Source of the DNA: an uncultured delta proteobacterium
Lineage (GTDB): Bacteria > Desulfobacterota > Desulfobacteria > Desulfobacterales > B30-G6
NCBI GenBank assembly: GCA_963823335.1
Contig: CAWGLD010000005.1
Span: 384,001-448,000, forward strand
DNA length: 64,000 nucleotides
Direction of reading: 5' to 3'
Shown: piece by piece, positions 8,347 through 17,943 of the stretch
Layout of the letters: each line of letters opens with the position of its first letter
How positions within the stretch are numbered: the first letter of the stretch is position 1
Notes under the pieces: model-generated
What the model saw: the letters and a program-made list of their open reading frames with translations, nothing else
The model's database searches: none
Told to the model about the DNA's origin: nothing
Translations under genes and position numbers: made by a program

Positions 8347-10030
8347 ATGCCAGTAACATTTCGGTGATCGGAGCTCCGGCCGGAACCATGGGATAGACAC
8401 ACTCCTCTTTTGCCACCACGAAATCCATGATGACGGTACGGGGGGACGACAGCCCTTTTTCCAGAACCGGTATGACCTCCTCGGGTTTTGTGGCCCGTAG
8501 ACCGAGGGCACCGTATGCCTCTGCAAGCTTGACAAAATCCGGGCCACAGCTCATGCAGGTGCTGGCATACCGTTTGTCGTAAAACAGTTCCTGCCATTGT
8601 CTTACCATGCCGAGATAACCGTTGTTTAAAATAACGATTTTGACAGGCAGCTCGTACTGCAAGGCGGTGGCCATTTCCTGTATATTCATCTGGATGCTTC
8701 CATCCCCGGCGACATCCACCACGGTTTTGTCCGGTCTGGCAATTTGGGCGCCTATGGCTGCAGGAAGGCCAAAACCCATACACCCCAGTCCTCCGGAGGT
8801 GATGAAATGGTTGGGTTTGTCAAAATGATAATACTGTGCCGCCCACATCTGGTTCTGGCCAACCTCGGTGGTGATGATGGCCTCACCCCGGGTCAATTCA
8901 TACAATTTTTCCACAACATACTGGGGCTTGATGATATCGGTCTGTTTATACGCAAGCGTGTTCTGCTCTTTCCAGATCTGTATCTGATCCATCCAGGGTT
9001 TGCGTTTGTCCTCCAGGCCGGCTTTGTCCAGGGGTTTGACGAGCGTGTTCAGGCTTTCCAGGGTGCTGCGGCAATCCCCGACAATGGGGATGGTAACCGG
9101 GACATTTTTACGTATCGAAGTAGGGTCGATATCCACATGAACGATCTTGGCCTGAGCGGCGAAAGCATCGGTTTTGCCGGTGACGCGGTCATCGAACCTT
9201 ACCCCGATCCCGATGAGGAGATCACAGAAACTCGTGGACATGTTGGCACGATACGTGCCATGCATGCCGATCATACCCAGCCACAAGGGATCGGAGCCTG
9301 GAAAACCGCCCAGCCCCATGAGTGACCCCGTCACGGGAATTCGCATGGTTCTGGCAAGTTTTGTCAGTTCTTTGGAAGCCCCGGAAAGAATAATTCCACC
9401 GCCTGCGAAAATAACCGGTCTTTCAGCGGAGGCAATGAGATTGACCACCTTTTTTAGCTGTTTCATGTTTGGCTTATAGGTGGGGTTGTAGGATTTGATC
9501 TTGACCTGTTGACCCGGCTCATACTGGGCTTTTGTGTTGCTCACGTTCTTAGGGATATCGATGAGCACCGGACCCGGTCTGCCGGACCTGGCCAGATAGA
9601 AAGCCTCTTTTACAACCCTGGCGAGGTCTTTCACATCCTTTACCAAAAAATTGTGTTTGGTACAGGAGCGTGTGATACCGACAATGTCAACTTCCTGGAA
9701 GGCGTCGTTACCGATGAGGTGGGTGGGAACCTGGCCGGTGATGACCACCAGTGGTATGGAGTCCATGTGGGCGGACGCAATGCCTGTAACGGTATTGGTC
9801 GCACCTGGTCCTGACGTGACCAGGCAAACACCGACGTTGCCGCTCGCCCTGGCATAGCCGTCTGCCGCATGAACAGCGCCCTGTTCATGACGGACAAGAA
9901 CATGTTTGATGCGGGTGTCTTCCAGTTTATCGTATATGTCGATAACCATACCGCCTGGAAATCCAAAGATAGTATCGACCTTTTCCTCTTCAAAAACCTT
10001 GATCAAAATTTGAGCGCCGGTGAGCTCCAT
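8345..10030 (-). CDS. ilvB: Acetolactate synthase large subunit
   Basis: RHEQGAVHAADGYAR, TSGPGATN, AFQEVD and GDGSIQMN (TPP binding); start MELTGAQ at 10030 after SD GAAAGGA. Confidence 0.96.
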   Translation of the reverse strand: MELTGAQILIKVFEEEKVDTIFGFPGGMVIDIYDKLEDTRIKHVLVRHEQGAVHAADGYARASGNVGVCLVTSGPGATNTVTGIASAHMDSIPLVVITGQVPTHLIGNDAFQEVDIVGITRSCTKHNFLVKDVKDLARVVKEAFYLARSGRPGPVLIDIPKNVSNTKAQYEPGQQVKIKSYNPTYKPNMKQLKKVVNLIASAERPVIFAGGGIILSGASKELTKLARTMRIPVTGSLMGLGGFPGSDPLWLGMIGMHGTYRANMSTSFCDLLIGIGVRFDDRVTGKTDAFAAQAKIVHVDIDPTSIRKNVPVTIPIVGDCRSTLESLNTLVKPLDKAGLEDKRKPWMDQIQIWKEQNTLAYKQTDIIKPQYVVEKLYELTRGEAIITTEVGQNQMWAAQYYHFDKPNHFITSGGLGCMGFGLPAAIGAQIARPDKTVVDVAGDGSIQMNIQEMATALQYELPVKIVILNNGYLGMVRQWQELFYDKRYASTCMSCGPDFVKLAEAYGALGLRATKPEEVIPVLEKGLSSPRTVIMDFVVAKEECVYPMVPAGAPITEMLLA

Positions 10031-10046
10031 AATACATCCTTTCTGC

Positions 10047-10086
10047 AAAAAAAAATCCGTTACCGGCTCAGGGCTGGTAACGGATT
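10047..10086 (-). terminator. Intrinsic terminator of the ilv attenuator
   Basis: Minus strand AATCCGTTACCAGC-CCTGA-GCCGGTAACGGATT followed by a U-run, just upstream of the ilvB SD. Confidence 0.9.
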
Positions 10087-10107
10087 AATTTTTCTTGATG
10101 AGTTAAT

Positions 10108-10206
10108 TTAAGCCATTAACAACCCTGTTACCCCGCCGAGGCCGATTAGACCGACGACGAGGACGAGAATGCTGATAATGAGGGTGTTAATGGCAAAGAT
10201 GTTCAT
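10108..10206 (-). CDS. ilv operon leader peptide (32 aa)
   Basis: MNIFAINTLIISILVLVVGLIGLGGVTGLLMA*; 17 of 32 codons are Ile/Leu/Val; followed by the terminator; an antiterminator pairing is possible. Confidence 0.88.
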   Translation of the reverse strand: MNIFAINTLIISILVLVVGLIGLGGVTGLLMA

Positions 10207-10239
10207 CAATTTACAAAATCCTTTAAGTTATAAGACAAT

Positions 10240-10268
10240 ACAATGGCAACAAATTGTCTGGATGTCAA
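10240..10268 (-). promoter_or_regulatory. Candidate sigma70 promoter of the ilv leader
   Basis: TTGACA-17nt-CATTGT on the minus strand. Confidence 0.45.
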
Positions 10269-10290
10269 GCATATTTTAAACCCTTAAATA

Positions 10291-10355
10291 GCCAGGCTAT
10301 AGACTGTAGGCTATTAGCTGCTAATGGTCTAACAGCCTACAGTCTACAGTCTGGT
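10291..10355. repeat. Repeat family D short-period inverted repeat after topA
   Basis: CCAGGCTATAGACTGTAGGCTATTAG...CTAACAGCCTACAGTCTACAGTCTGG. Confidence 0.75.
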
Positions 10356-10356
10356 C

Positions 10357-12636
10357 TTAAAGTTGCTCCGTGTATCCACACCCTTCCGTGAGGCAGGCCA
10401 GGAAGGATCCTTGTTTTTTGGTCGATTTTTGCACCAGAAATACTGTGTTGCATACCGGGCATTTTTTATTGACGGGTTTGTCCCAGGTCGCGAAATTACA
10501 ATCCGGATATTTGCTGCAGCCGTAAAATATTTTGCCACGTTTGGATTGCTTTTCCACAAGCCTCCCATCACAGTCTTTTTCCGGGCAGTCGACACCGGTC
10601 TCCTTACCAGGGGTGACGGAGTTAACCGAGAAGGTATTTCTGCATTCCGGATATCCGGTACAGGCAAAAAACCTGCCGAATCGCCCGGGCTTGATAACCA
10701 TGGGCTTACCGCATTTTTCGCATATCCTGTCGGACATTTCATCTTCCTCTAACTCAACCGGGTGGATATTGCCCTTCTCATCCCGGGTATAGTCACTGGA
10801 ATAGGAACACTCGGGATAACCGTTGCAGGCCAGGAAATGTCCATTCCGACCTACCTTGACTCGTAGTTCATTTTGACACAGAGGACAGGTGAGATCCGTA
10901 GAAAACCCTACACCTTTTAAATTCGGCATTCCCTCTTTTGCGGTTTCAATTTCCTGCTTGAAATGGGAGTAAAAGCGTTTGAGAACATCCTCGAGAACCA
11001 GCTCCGATGCCTCGATCTGATCTAGAAAGGTTTCCATCCTGGCCGTAAAGGTAACGTTAAAAAGATCGTCAAAACTTCCCACCAGGAGGTCGTTGACAAT
11101 CATTCCGAGCTCGCTCGGTTTAAAGTAGCCCTTCACCAGATCGACATATTTCTTCACACGAATCGTTGAAAGTATCGCAGCATACGTACTGGGTCTGCCG
11201 ATGCCGTTTTCTTCGAGTTCTTTTACCAGAGAAGCCTCGGAAAATCTTGGCGGCGGCGTGGTGAAGTGTTGTTTGGGACTCAATCTCTCGAGATCCAGTA
11301 CCATACCCTCTGACAGTGTCGGTAATTTGTCCTTTTTCTTTTCACTTTCGGTTTGAATTTCATCGTCCACCGACATGTAAATCGCCATAAAGCCGGGAAA
11401 TATAATGTTTGAGCCGGCTGTTGTGAAAAGATAAGCACCTGACCGGATACCGATGGATAGGGTGTCAATGAGGGCCGGTTTCATCTGGGAGGCAACAAAG
11501 CGATTCCATATCAGCTGATAGAGCGCATACTGATCCCTGGAAAGAAACGCTTTCAGTTTTTCTGGGGTATGCGATACAGATGTCGGTCTGATGGCTTCGT
11601 GCGCATCCTGGGCTTTTTTCCGGTTTTTAAAGAACCGGGGTTTTCCCATACTGTATTCCGCGCCATAGGTTTCCCGAACAAAGGTCAGCGCTTCTTCGGC
11701 GGCCTCGTTGGCTATTCTTGTGGAATCCGTGCGCATGTAGGTGATAAGTCCCACAGGTTCGCCACCTTCAAGCTCGATGCCCTCGTAAAGCTGTTGTGCC
11801 AGCACCATGGTTTTTTTTGCAGAAAACCTGAGCTTTCGGATCGATTCCTGTTGTAGCTTGCTCGTGATGAAAGGCGGCAAGGGATTTCGTTTTTTGGTCT
11901 TGTTGGAAACGGATTCCACCAGGAAAGGTGTCTTTTTAAGCGTTTCCACTATAGTGGATGCTTCCGCTTCATTTCTTATCTTAATTTTCTGTTTGTCCAG
12001 TTTGGTGAGTTTGGCTTCGAAGGGCGGGGGGGTATCACCTTTCAGGAGAGCGGTAATCGACCAGTACTCTTGCGGTTCAAAAGCCTGAATCTGCCGTTCT
12101 CTTTCACAGATTATCCGGACAGCTACCGATTGGACCCGGCCGGCACTCAATCCGCCCTTGACCTTTCGCCACAAAAGAGGGGAAATCTGATATCCCACCA
12201 GACGGTCCAGAATCCGTCGTGCCTTTTGTGCTTCGTATTTGTTGTTATTGAGCGCTTCTGGTTTCTGAATTGCTTCAAGAATTGCATTGCGGGTCAGTTC
12301 GTGAAACAGAACCCGGTGAAATATTCTACCCTTTTTTTTCAGCACTTCTGATGCGTGGAAGGCGATAGCTTCGCCTTCTCTGTCCGGGTCGGGTGCCAGG
12401 TAGATTTCATTGGTGTCGCCAGCTGCCTTCTTGAGAGCGCTGGTCACTTTTTGTTTGCCGGGTATGAGCCGATATTGAGGTTTGAATCCATCGTCGATAT
12501 CTATTCCCAGTTCTTTCACGGGCAGATCCTTTATGTGTCCGACGGTTGCGGCAACATTGTAATCTTTACCCAGGTATTTTTTGATAGTCTTGACCTTTGT
12601 CGGTGATTCTACGACAACCAGTGGTTTTGAACTCAT
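10357..12636 (-). CDS. topA: DNA topoisomerase I
   Basis: VVESPTK, DPDREGEAI, SAGRVQS, LITYMRTDS and GIGRPSTY; C-terminal C4 zinc ribbons. Confidence 0.97.
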   Translation of the reverse strand: MSSKPLVVVESPTKVKTIKKYLGKDYNVAATVGHIKDLPVKELGIDIDDGFKPQYRLIPGKQKVTSALKKAAGDTNEIYLAPDPDREGEAIAFHASEVLKKKGRIFHRVLFHELTRNAILEAIQKPEALNNNKYEAQKARRILDRLVGYQISPLLWRKVKGGLSAGRVQSVAVRIICERERQIQAFEPQEYWSITALLKGDTPPPFEAKLTKLDKQKIKIRNEAEASTIVETLKKTPFLVESVSNKTKKRNPLPPFITSKLQQESIRKLRFSAKKTMVLAQQLYEGIELEGGEPVGLITYMRTDSTRIANEAAEEALTFVRETYGAEYSMGKPRFFKNRKKAQDAHEAIRPTSVSHTPEKLKAFLSRDQYALYQLIWNRFVASQMKPALIDTLSIGIRSGAYLFTTAGSNIIFPGFMAIYMSVDDEIQTESEKKKDKLPTLSEGMVLDLERLSPKQHFTTPPPRFSEASLVKELEENGIGRPSTYAAILSTIRVKKYVDLVKGYFKPSELGMIVNDLLVGSFDDLFNVTFTARMETFLDQIEASELVLEDVLKRFYSHFKQEIETAKEGMPNLKGVGFSTDLTCPLCQNELRVKVGRNGHFLACNGYPECSYSSDYTRDEKGNIHPVELEEDEMSDRICEKCGKPMVIKPGRFGRFFACTGYPECRNTFSVNSVTPGKETGVDCPEKDCDGRLVEKQSKRGKIFYGCSKYPDCNFATWDKPVNKKCPVCNTVFLVQKSTKKQGSFLACLTEGCGYTEQL

Positions 12637-12664
12637 GGAGTCCCTCTTTTATTTTATTGTTAGT

Positions 12665-12820
12665 TCCTTAACTGAAAAAATTTGCATTTTGTGGCAAAAA
12701 AAATAAAAGCAATCACGAAAACACGAAATCTGAAAAACACGAAATTGTTCATGGTCTTTTTCGTGGTTTCGTACTTTCGTGATTTCGTGATAAAAGATCT
12801 TTCTCTTTTCCGGTTTGGGC
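12665..12820 (-). repeat. Repeat family A, near-full copy overlapping the dprA 3' end
   Basis: CCCAAACCGGAAAAGAGAAAGATCTTTTATCACGAAATCACGAAAGTACGAAACCACGAAAAAGACCATGAAC...TTTCGTGTTTTCGTGATTGC. Confidence 0.85.
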
Positions 12821-13921
12821 TTTAATATAAAACAACTTGCCGGGATCCTGTTGTACGACACCTTTCAATTCGAGGCGCAACAGGGTGCCGGACAGATCCG
12901 AAGACTCCATGCCCAGCTTTCGGATCAGATCGTCAATGTGAAGCGGATAATGTTCCAATGCACCCAGCACGGATGTTTCCAAGGGTGAAAGAGATGGCTT
13001 GGCTGCTGTAATCATATCCGCCCCATCGCTGTCTTCTGCGCCGGACGGGTCAATCCAGGCAGATATCTCTTCCATGATATCTCCGGCTTGCTCCACCAGC
13101 TTGGCCCCCTGCTTTATAAGCGTGTGGCTTCCGGTGCTTTTGAAGGAATTGACACTTCCGGGCACAGCAAAGACTTCCCTGTTTTGTTCTGCGGCCAACC
13201 GGGCAGTAATCAGTGACCCGCTGCGTAACGTCGCTTCCACAATCACGGTTCCCAGTGACAGACCACTGATGACCCTGTTGCGCATGGGGAAGTGGTGGGC
13301 TTCCGGCTCAGCGTTGAGCGGAAATTCCGATATTACCGCGCCGGTTTCAGCAATACGGTGAAAGAGTTTTTTATTTTCTCTCGGGTAAATTCTTTCGAGC
13401 CCGCTTCCCAGGACGGCAATGGTCTTGCCGTGAGCCATCAAGGCACCTTCATGGGCGGCGGTATCGATACCGCGGGCCATACCGCTTACAATGGTCATCC
13501 CGAGGGAGGCCAGGTCGCGACTCAGACGCTGGGTTGTGTCGCGTCCGTAATGGGTGGCATTTCGAGATCCCACGATGGATATGTTTTTTTTCGTTGCTGA
13601 AATCTGCCCATATACATACAGGCAGGGTGGGGGATCCGGTATTTCAAGCAGCAGTGCAGGGTAGTCAGTATCGGTGAGGGTCAGGATCTTGATACCCTTT
13701 TGTTGTACTTTTTCAAGTTCTTTTTTAACGGATTCAGGCAAATTATGTCGTTTGATAGCGGTGATAAGCCGGTCCGACAATCCTTCCACCTGCAACAACT
13801 CCTTGCGCGGTGCATGGATGGCGTTATCAGGGGTGTGAAAGACGTCAATCAGCCGCTTGCAAAGCAGATTGCCGACACCCGGCGTAGTTTTCAATCGAAA
13901 CCATGGGAATAGATTTTCCAT
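12749..13921 (-). CDS. dprA: DNA processing protein DprA
   Basis: IVGSRNA, IVSGMARGIDTAAH, FPMRNRVISGLS and GSLITARLA; C-terminal winged helix. Confidence 0.95.
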   Translation of the reverse strand: MENLFPWFRLKTTPGVGNLLCKRLIDVFHTPDNAIHAPRKELLQVEGLSDRLITAIKRHNLPESVKKELEKVQQKGIKILTLTDTDYPALLLEIPDPPPCLYVYGQISATKKNISIVGSRNATHYGRDTTQRLSRDLASLGMTIVSGMARGIDTAAHEGALMAHGKTIAVLGSGLERIYPRENKKLFHRIAETGAVISEFPLNAEPEAHHFPMRNRVISGLSLGTVIVEATLRSGSLITARLAAEQNREVFAVPGSVNSFKSTGSHTLIKQGAKLVEQAGDIMEEISAWIDPSGAEDSDGADMITAAKPSLSPLETSVLGALEHYPLHIDDLIRKLGMESSDLSGTLLRLELKGVVQQDPGKLFYIKAQTGKEKDLLSRNHESTKPRKRP

Positions 13922-13982
13922 ATGCCGGGCGTTCCTCTTGGCGTGACAATACCCATCGGTTCGATGTTGTCACATGGGGATA

Positions 13983-15020
13983 CTACGCTCGTTGACGTTT
14001 TTGCCAGGCTAGCAGAATCGGGCTGGCCACAAAAATGGAGGAATATGTCCCGACCAGTACGCCAACAATCATGGCAAAAGCAAAATCATGAATGATACCA
14101 CCGCCGAAAATGAATAAAGTGACCAGAACAATGAGGGTTGTCAGAGAGGTTAGAATGGTCCTGCCGAGTGTCTCATTGATACTTTTATTCAATATAAAAT
14201 CGAGTGGTCTTTTATGATGTTTTCGGAGGTTTTCCCGTATCCTGTCAAATACGATAATGGTGTCGTTGAGGGAGTATCCAATAATTGTCAGCAATGCTGC
14301 GATAATCGGCAGGGTAAATTCTTTGCCAAAAATGGAAAATAGGCCAATGGTAATCATGACATCGTGGATCAGTGCTACAACGGCTCCCATGGCATACTTC
14401 AGTTCCAGAAACCAGAATAGAACCAGTGTGACCAGCAACGCTGCAGCCATGAGGATCGGTATGCTGACTGAAAAGAGCTGCAGAATATAAACGGCAAACA
14501 TCAGCGCACCTGCCATGACGCCGCTGAGCATCCACTTGAGTTCGAATCTGCCGGAAATATAGATGGTAATAAAGAGTAGTGCAAAAAACATGGCCAAGAG
14601 GGCTTTTTCTCTCAAGTCTTTTCCGACCTGGGGGCCCACCATCTCCACACGGCGTATTTCAACACTGCCGCCGGTTGCTGAATTAAGGGCTTCTTCTATT
14701 TTAAGAGACACATCTTCTGAAATGGATGCAGAGCCGTCGGTTTTGACAAGAAACTCATGGTCCGTTGCATCCCCGAACTCCTGGACAGCGGATATGCCGA
14801 TAGCAAGATTGCTCAGTCCGGTTTTAATGTCCGCTATCGGTGTTGGTGCGTCAAACTTTATCTGGATGAGTGTCCCGCCGGCAAAGTCGATGCCGTATTT
14901 GGGGCCGTGATGTATGATCAGCGAGATGATTGCCATTAGAATCATGGCCGCCGATACGACAAAGGCAATATACCTTTTTGCGATAAAGTTGATATTGATA
15001 TCTGGTTTTATGAACTGCAT
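13983..15020 (-). CDS. secF: Protein translocase subunit SecF
   Basis: GIDFAGGT, VGPQVG and GYSLNDTIIVFDRIRE. Confidence 0.96.
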   Translation of the reverse strand: MQFIKPDININFIAKRYIAFVVSAAMILMAIISLIIHHGPKYGIDFAGGTLIQIKFDAPTPIADIKTGLSNLAIGISAVQEFGDATDHEFLVKTDGSASISEDVSLKIEEALNSATGGSVEIRRVEMVGPQVGKDLREKALLAMFFALLFITIYISGRFELKWMLSGVMAGALMFAVYILQLFSVSIPILMAAALLVTLVLFWFLELKYAMGAVVALIHDVMITIGLFSIFGKEFTLPIIAALLTIIGYSLNDTIIVFDRIRENLRKHHKRPLDFILNKSINETLGRTILTSLTTLIVLVTLFIFGGGIIHDFAFAMIVGVLVGTYSSIFVASPILLAWQKRQRA

Positions 15021-15101
15021 GGTTGCATCCTTATATTATCGTTAACGTCACTTTCCCCTATAGTTGCAACGATAGGGATTAGATGAATCTGAACAGGAAA
15101 A

Positions 15102-16679
15102 TTAAATACTGATGCTCTTTATTTTTCGGTTGATCAGCAGGTAGTCAAAAACAAGCCGCGACAAAACAAGTGCTGTGAACAGACTTGCCAGCACCCCCAG
15201 GCTCAGTGTGACGGCAAACCCCTTTACTGGTCCTGTGCCGAATTGAAAGAGCACAAGTGCTGCGATCAGCGTGGTCACATTGGCATCCAGAATGGTGAGA
15301 GTGGCCTTACCGTAACCAGCGTCAACGGCAGCCCGGGGTGTCTTGCCTATATTCATCTCCTCACGGATACGCTCAAATATCAGCACGTTGGCATCAACGG
15401 CCATGCCGATGGTAAGGATGATACCGGCAATACCTGGCAGGGTGAGGGTTGCCTGGAAAGCAGCCAGACCGCCGGCGATGATGACGATATTGAGCGTCAG
15501 CGCCAGATCGGCGATAATGCCCGATCCTTTATAATAAATAATCATGAACAGCATGACCAGTATGCCACCCACACACATGGACAACAAACCCTTGCGTATG
15601 GAGTCGGCGCCCAGAGAAGGACCCACGGTTCTTTCTTCAAGGATATTTACAGGCGCCGGAAGCGCGCCGGCACGCAGAGCAATGGCAAGGTCATGGGCCT
15701 CTTCCGCGGTGAATTGCCCGGTAATGCGGGCGGACCCACCCGAAATTTTTTCCTGGATGACTGGAGCCGAGTATACCTTGTCATCAAGAACGATGGCCAG
15801 CCGTTTTTTGACGTTCTGTTCGGTAATGCTTTCAAAAATTCTGCCACCTTTCTTGTCGAACTCGATGGACACATAGGGGTCGTTATACTGTGAGTCGATT
15901 TGAACCCGTGCATCTACCAGCTGAGCGCCGGTCAAGAGGGTTCGTTTTTTCACAAGGTAAGGTGTTTTGGTGATACGGTTGGTGGCCGGGTCCTGGTTGT
16001 CCTCGTAGAGGATCTCGCTTTCAGGTGGTACACTGCCTTGCAGGGCGGCTCCGATGTCATTGGTTTCATCAAGGAGCTTGAACTCAAGGAGTGCGGTTCT
16101 CCCGATCAGCTGTTTGGCCCGTTTGGTATCTTTGATACCCGGCAGCTGGATGAGAATCCGGTTTTTACCCTGATTGCGAATGTCCGGTTCACTTACACCG
16201 AACTGGTCAATTCTGTTGCGAATGGTTTCCAGGGCCTGATCCGTGGCAAGCTTTTTGATCTGATCTGCTTCCTGGTCGGGCAGATCCAAAACCACCGTGA
16301 GGGTCTCATCGGTTTCTGATTCTGAACGGATGCGCATCTCCTTGAAGTCGGCATCCAGGGTTTTGTAAAATTGATCGATGGACGCTTTACCAATGACACG
16401 GGCGGAGATCTGTGTTCCAAGAACACGATCCAGCGCCAGAACTCTCACGCGGTCTTTGCGAAGACTGGAACGAAGCTCCTGGGCGATGCGCTCAACAGCA
16501 TCCTCCACAGCCTTGTTGGTATCGACTTCCAGCACCAGATGCATGCCCCCTTGGAGGTCGAGTCCAAGGTTTATCTTTTTATGAGGCCACACTCCCGGCC
16601 ACACCGATGGCAAGACATATACGAATGCCGCCACAATAACGATGAGAACAGCTATGGGTCTCCATGAGAGTTTTTTCAA
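15102..16679 (-). CDS. secD: Protein translocase subunit SecD
   Basis: LGLDLQGG, RNRIDQFGVSEP and GMAVDANVLIFERIRE. Confidence 0.96.
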   Translation of the reverse strand: MKKLSWRPIAVLIVIVAAFVYVLPSVWPGVWPHKKINLGLDLQGGMHLVLEVDTNKAVEDAVERIAQELRSSLRKDRVRVLALDRVLGTQISARVIGKASIDQFYKTLDADFKEMRIRSESETDETLTVVLDLPDQEADQIKKLATDQALETIRNRIDQFGVSEPDIRNQGKNRILIQLPGIKDTKRAKQLIGRTALLEFKLLDETNDIGAALQGSVPPESEILYEDNQDPATNRITKTPYLVKKRTLLTGAQLVDARVQIDSQYNDPYVSIEFDKKGGRIFESITEQNVKKRLAIVLDDKVYSAPVIQEKISGGSARITGQFTAEEAHDLAIALRAGALPAPVNILEERTVGPSLGADSIRKGLLSMCVGGILVMLFMIIYYKGSGIIADLALTLNIVIIAGGLAAFQATLTLPGIAGIILTIGMAVDANVLIFERIREEMNIGKTPRAAVDAGYGKATLTILDANVTTLIAALVLFQFGTGPVKGFAVTLSLGVLASLFTALVLSRLVFDYLLINRKIKSISI

Positions 16680-16839
16680 ATCTGTTTCCTTTCAAGTTAA
16701 AATACAAGATTCCCGGCCGGCAATAGCAGGGAATCTTTTTCTGCGCCATCCTTAATACACAAGCACATGTATCCGGTATCAGCGGAAAGTCCGGTCTGAT
16801 TTTAAAACTGAGCTGGTGCAGTATTGTGCAACCGGAACG

Positions 16840-17232
16840 CTATTTTGATTTGTCTGGATCCGTTTTGCCTTTGTCTTTTACCTGAGGCTGGGGCTGGGGC
16901 TGTCCTGAAGGCTGGTTTAATGCACCCACATTCCCCCGGGACACCTTGACACGAACCTTGTCGGCAATTTCTACCGTCAGGGTTGTATCTGATAGACCTG
17001 TGATACGTCCATGTAAACCACCACTGGTGATGATACGATCTCCTTTTTTTAGGTTGGATATCATCTGGCGCTGTTCTTTGGCTTTCTTCTGCTGCGGGCG
17101 TATTAAAAGAAAATAAAAGATGACAAACATCAGTATGAGCGGGATGAATGTTGTAAAGCCACCACCACCGCCCTCGCCACCTGATCCGCCCGGTCCCATT
17201 GCATAGGCTATGTTTTCTGTTAAAAAGAACAA
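16840..17232 (-). CDS. yajC: Preprotein translocase subunit YajC
   Basis: FYFLLIRPQQKK and LKKGDRIITSGGLHG; upstream of secDF. Confidence 0.95.
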   Translation of the reverse strand: MFFLTENIAYAMGPGGSGGEGGGGGFTTFIPLILMFVIFYFLLIRPQQKKAKEQRQMISNLKKGDRIITSGGLHGRITGLSDTTLTVEIADKVRVKVSRGNVGALNQPSGQPQPQPQVKDKGKTDPDKSK

Positions 17233-17244
17233 GTTAACCTCCCT

Positions 17245-17892
17245 TTATTGTTGTTGATTGGTTTCCCATTTGAATTCAACTGACCCAATAACACTTGTCA
17301 TGACCAGCGTAACCGTATCATATGCGTCACCCATGGGCTGATTGTCCGTTTTCGGGTCAAACGCCGGAAATCTGACATGGTAAATCGATTTCCAGGCTGT
17401 CATGTAAGGATAAAAATAATCAATTATCGGATCTTTTTTCTTCAGTTTACGGATCTCCAGCGGTCGAATCTGTTCTACCTGGTCTCGCGTGATATAGATT
17501 TTCCACATGGAAGTATTTTTTGAGAAATCATCCCATTTTTTTTCAGGAACATAGGCAGCGATCACAAAATCGTTATAGTCTGCTGCCTCCTTCTGCTCAT
17601 CCAGCACCAGTTTATCGTATTCCGGACCTTCTAATTTATAGAGCCTTGCATATTCTTCTGCATAGGCTTGCCGAAACACAGCGGATTTAAAGGTTATCTT
17701 TGAAATCAGTTTTGTCAATAGTCCATCGTAGATGCGGCCTTCCTGTGTCCAGGTTTCAATTGCATCCCGATAAATCATTTTTGTTTCAGATACAGGCAGT
17801 TGTTCTGCGCTCTCCTGATATTTTACCCCGGTGCAGCCGGAAACCATCAAGAGTCCCGTCAGCAGCATATATGTCAAGACCCTGTAGTTCAT
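17245..17892 (-). CDS. Hypothetical lipoprotein
   Basis: Lipobox VSGC; co-oriented between purB and yajC. Confidence 0.75.
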   Translation of the reverse strand: MNYRVLTYMLLTGLLMVSGCTGVKYQESAEQLPVSETKMIYRDAIETWTQEGRIYDGLLTKLISKITFKSAVFRQAYAEEYARLYKLEGPEYDKLVLDEQKEAADYNDFVIAAYVPEKKWDDFSKNTSMWKIYITRDQVEQIRPLEIRKLKKKDPIIDYFYPYMTAWKSIYHVRFPAFDPKTDNQPMGDAYDTVTLVMTSVIGSVEFKWETNQQQ

Positions 17893-17943
17893 GATTAACG
17901 ATCTTTCCAGTTTGACTTACATTTAAAAATCAGGAGGTACCCC

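Noticed and set aside
12649-12861. Small ORFs sharing HEITK/HENTK peptides (also 46965-47147 and 55090-55344)
   Set aside because: Translations of repeat family A in different frames and strands, not a protein family.
15056-15077. Palindrome between secD and secF, and hairpin at 16706-16737 before secD
   Set aside because: Single ordinary intra-operon hairpins with no further support.
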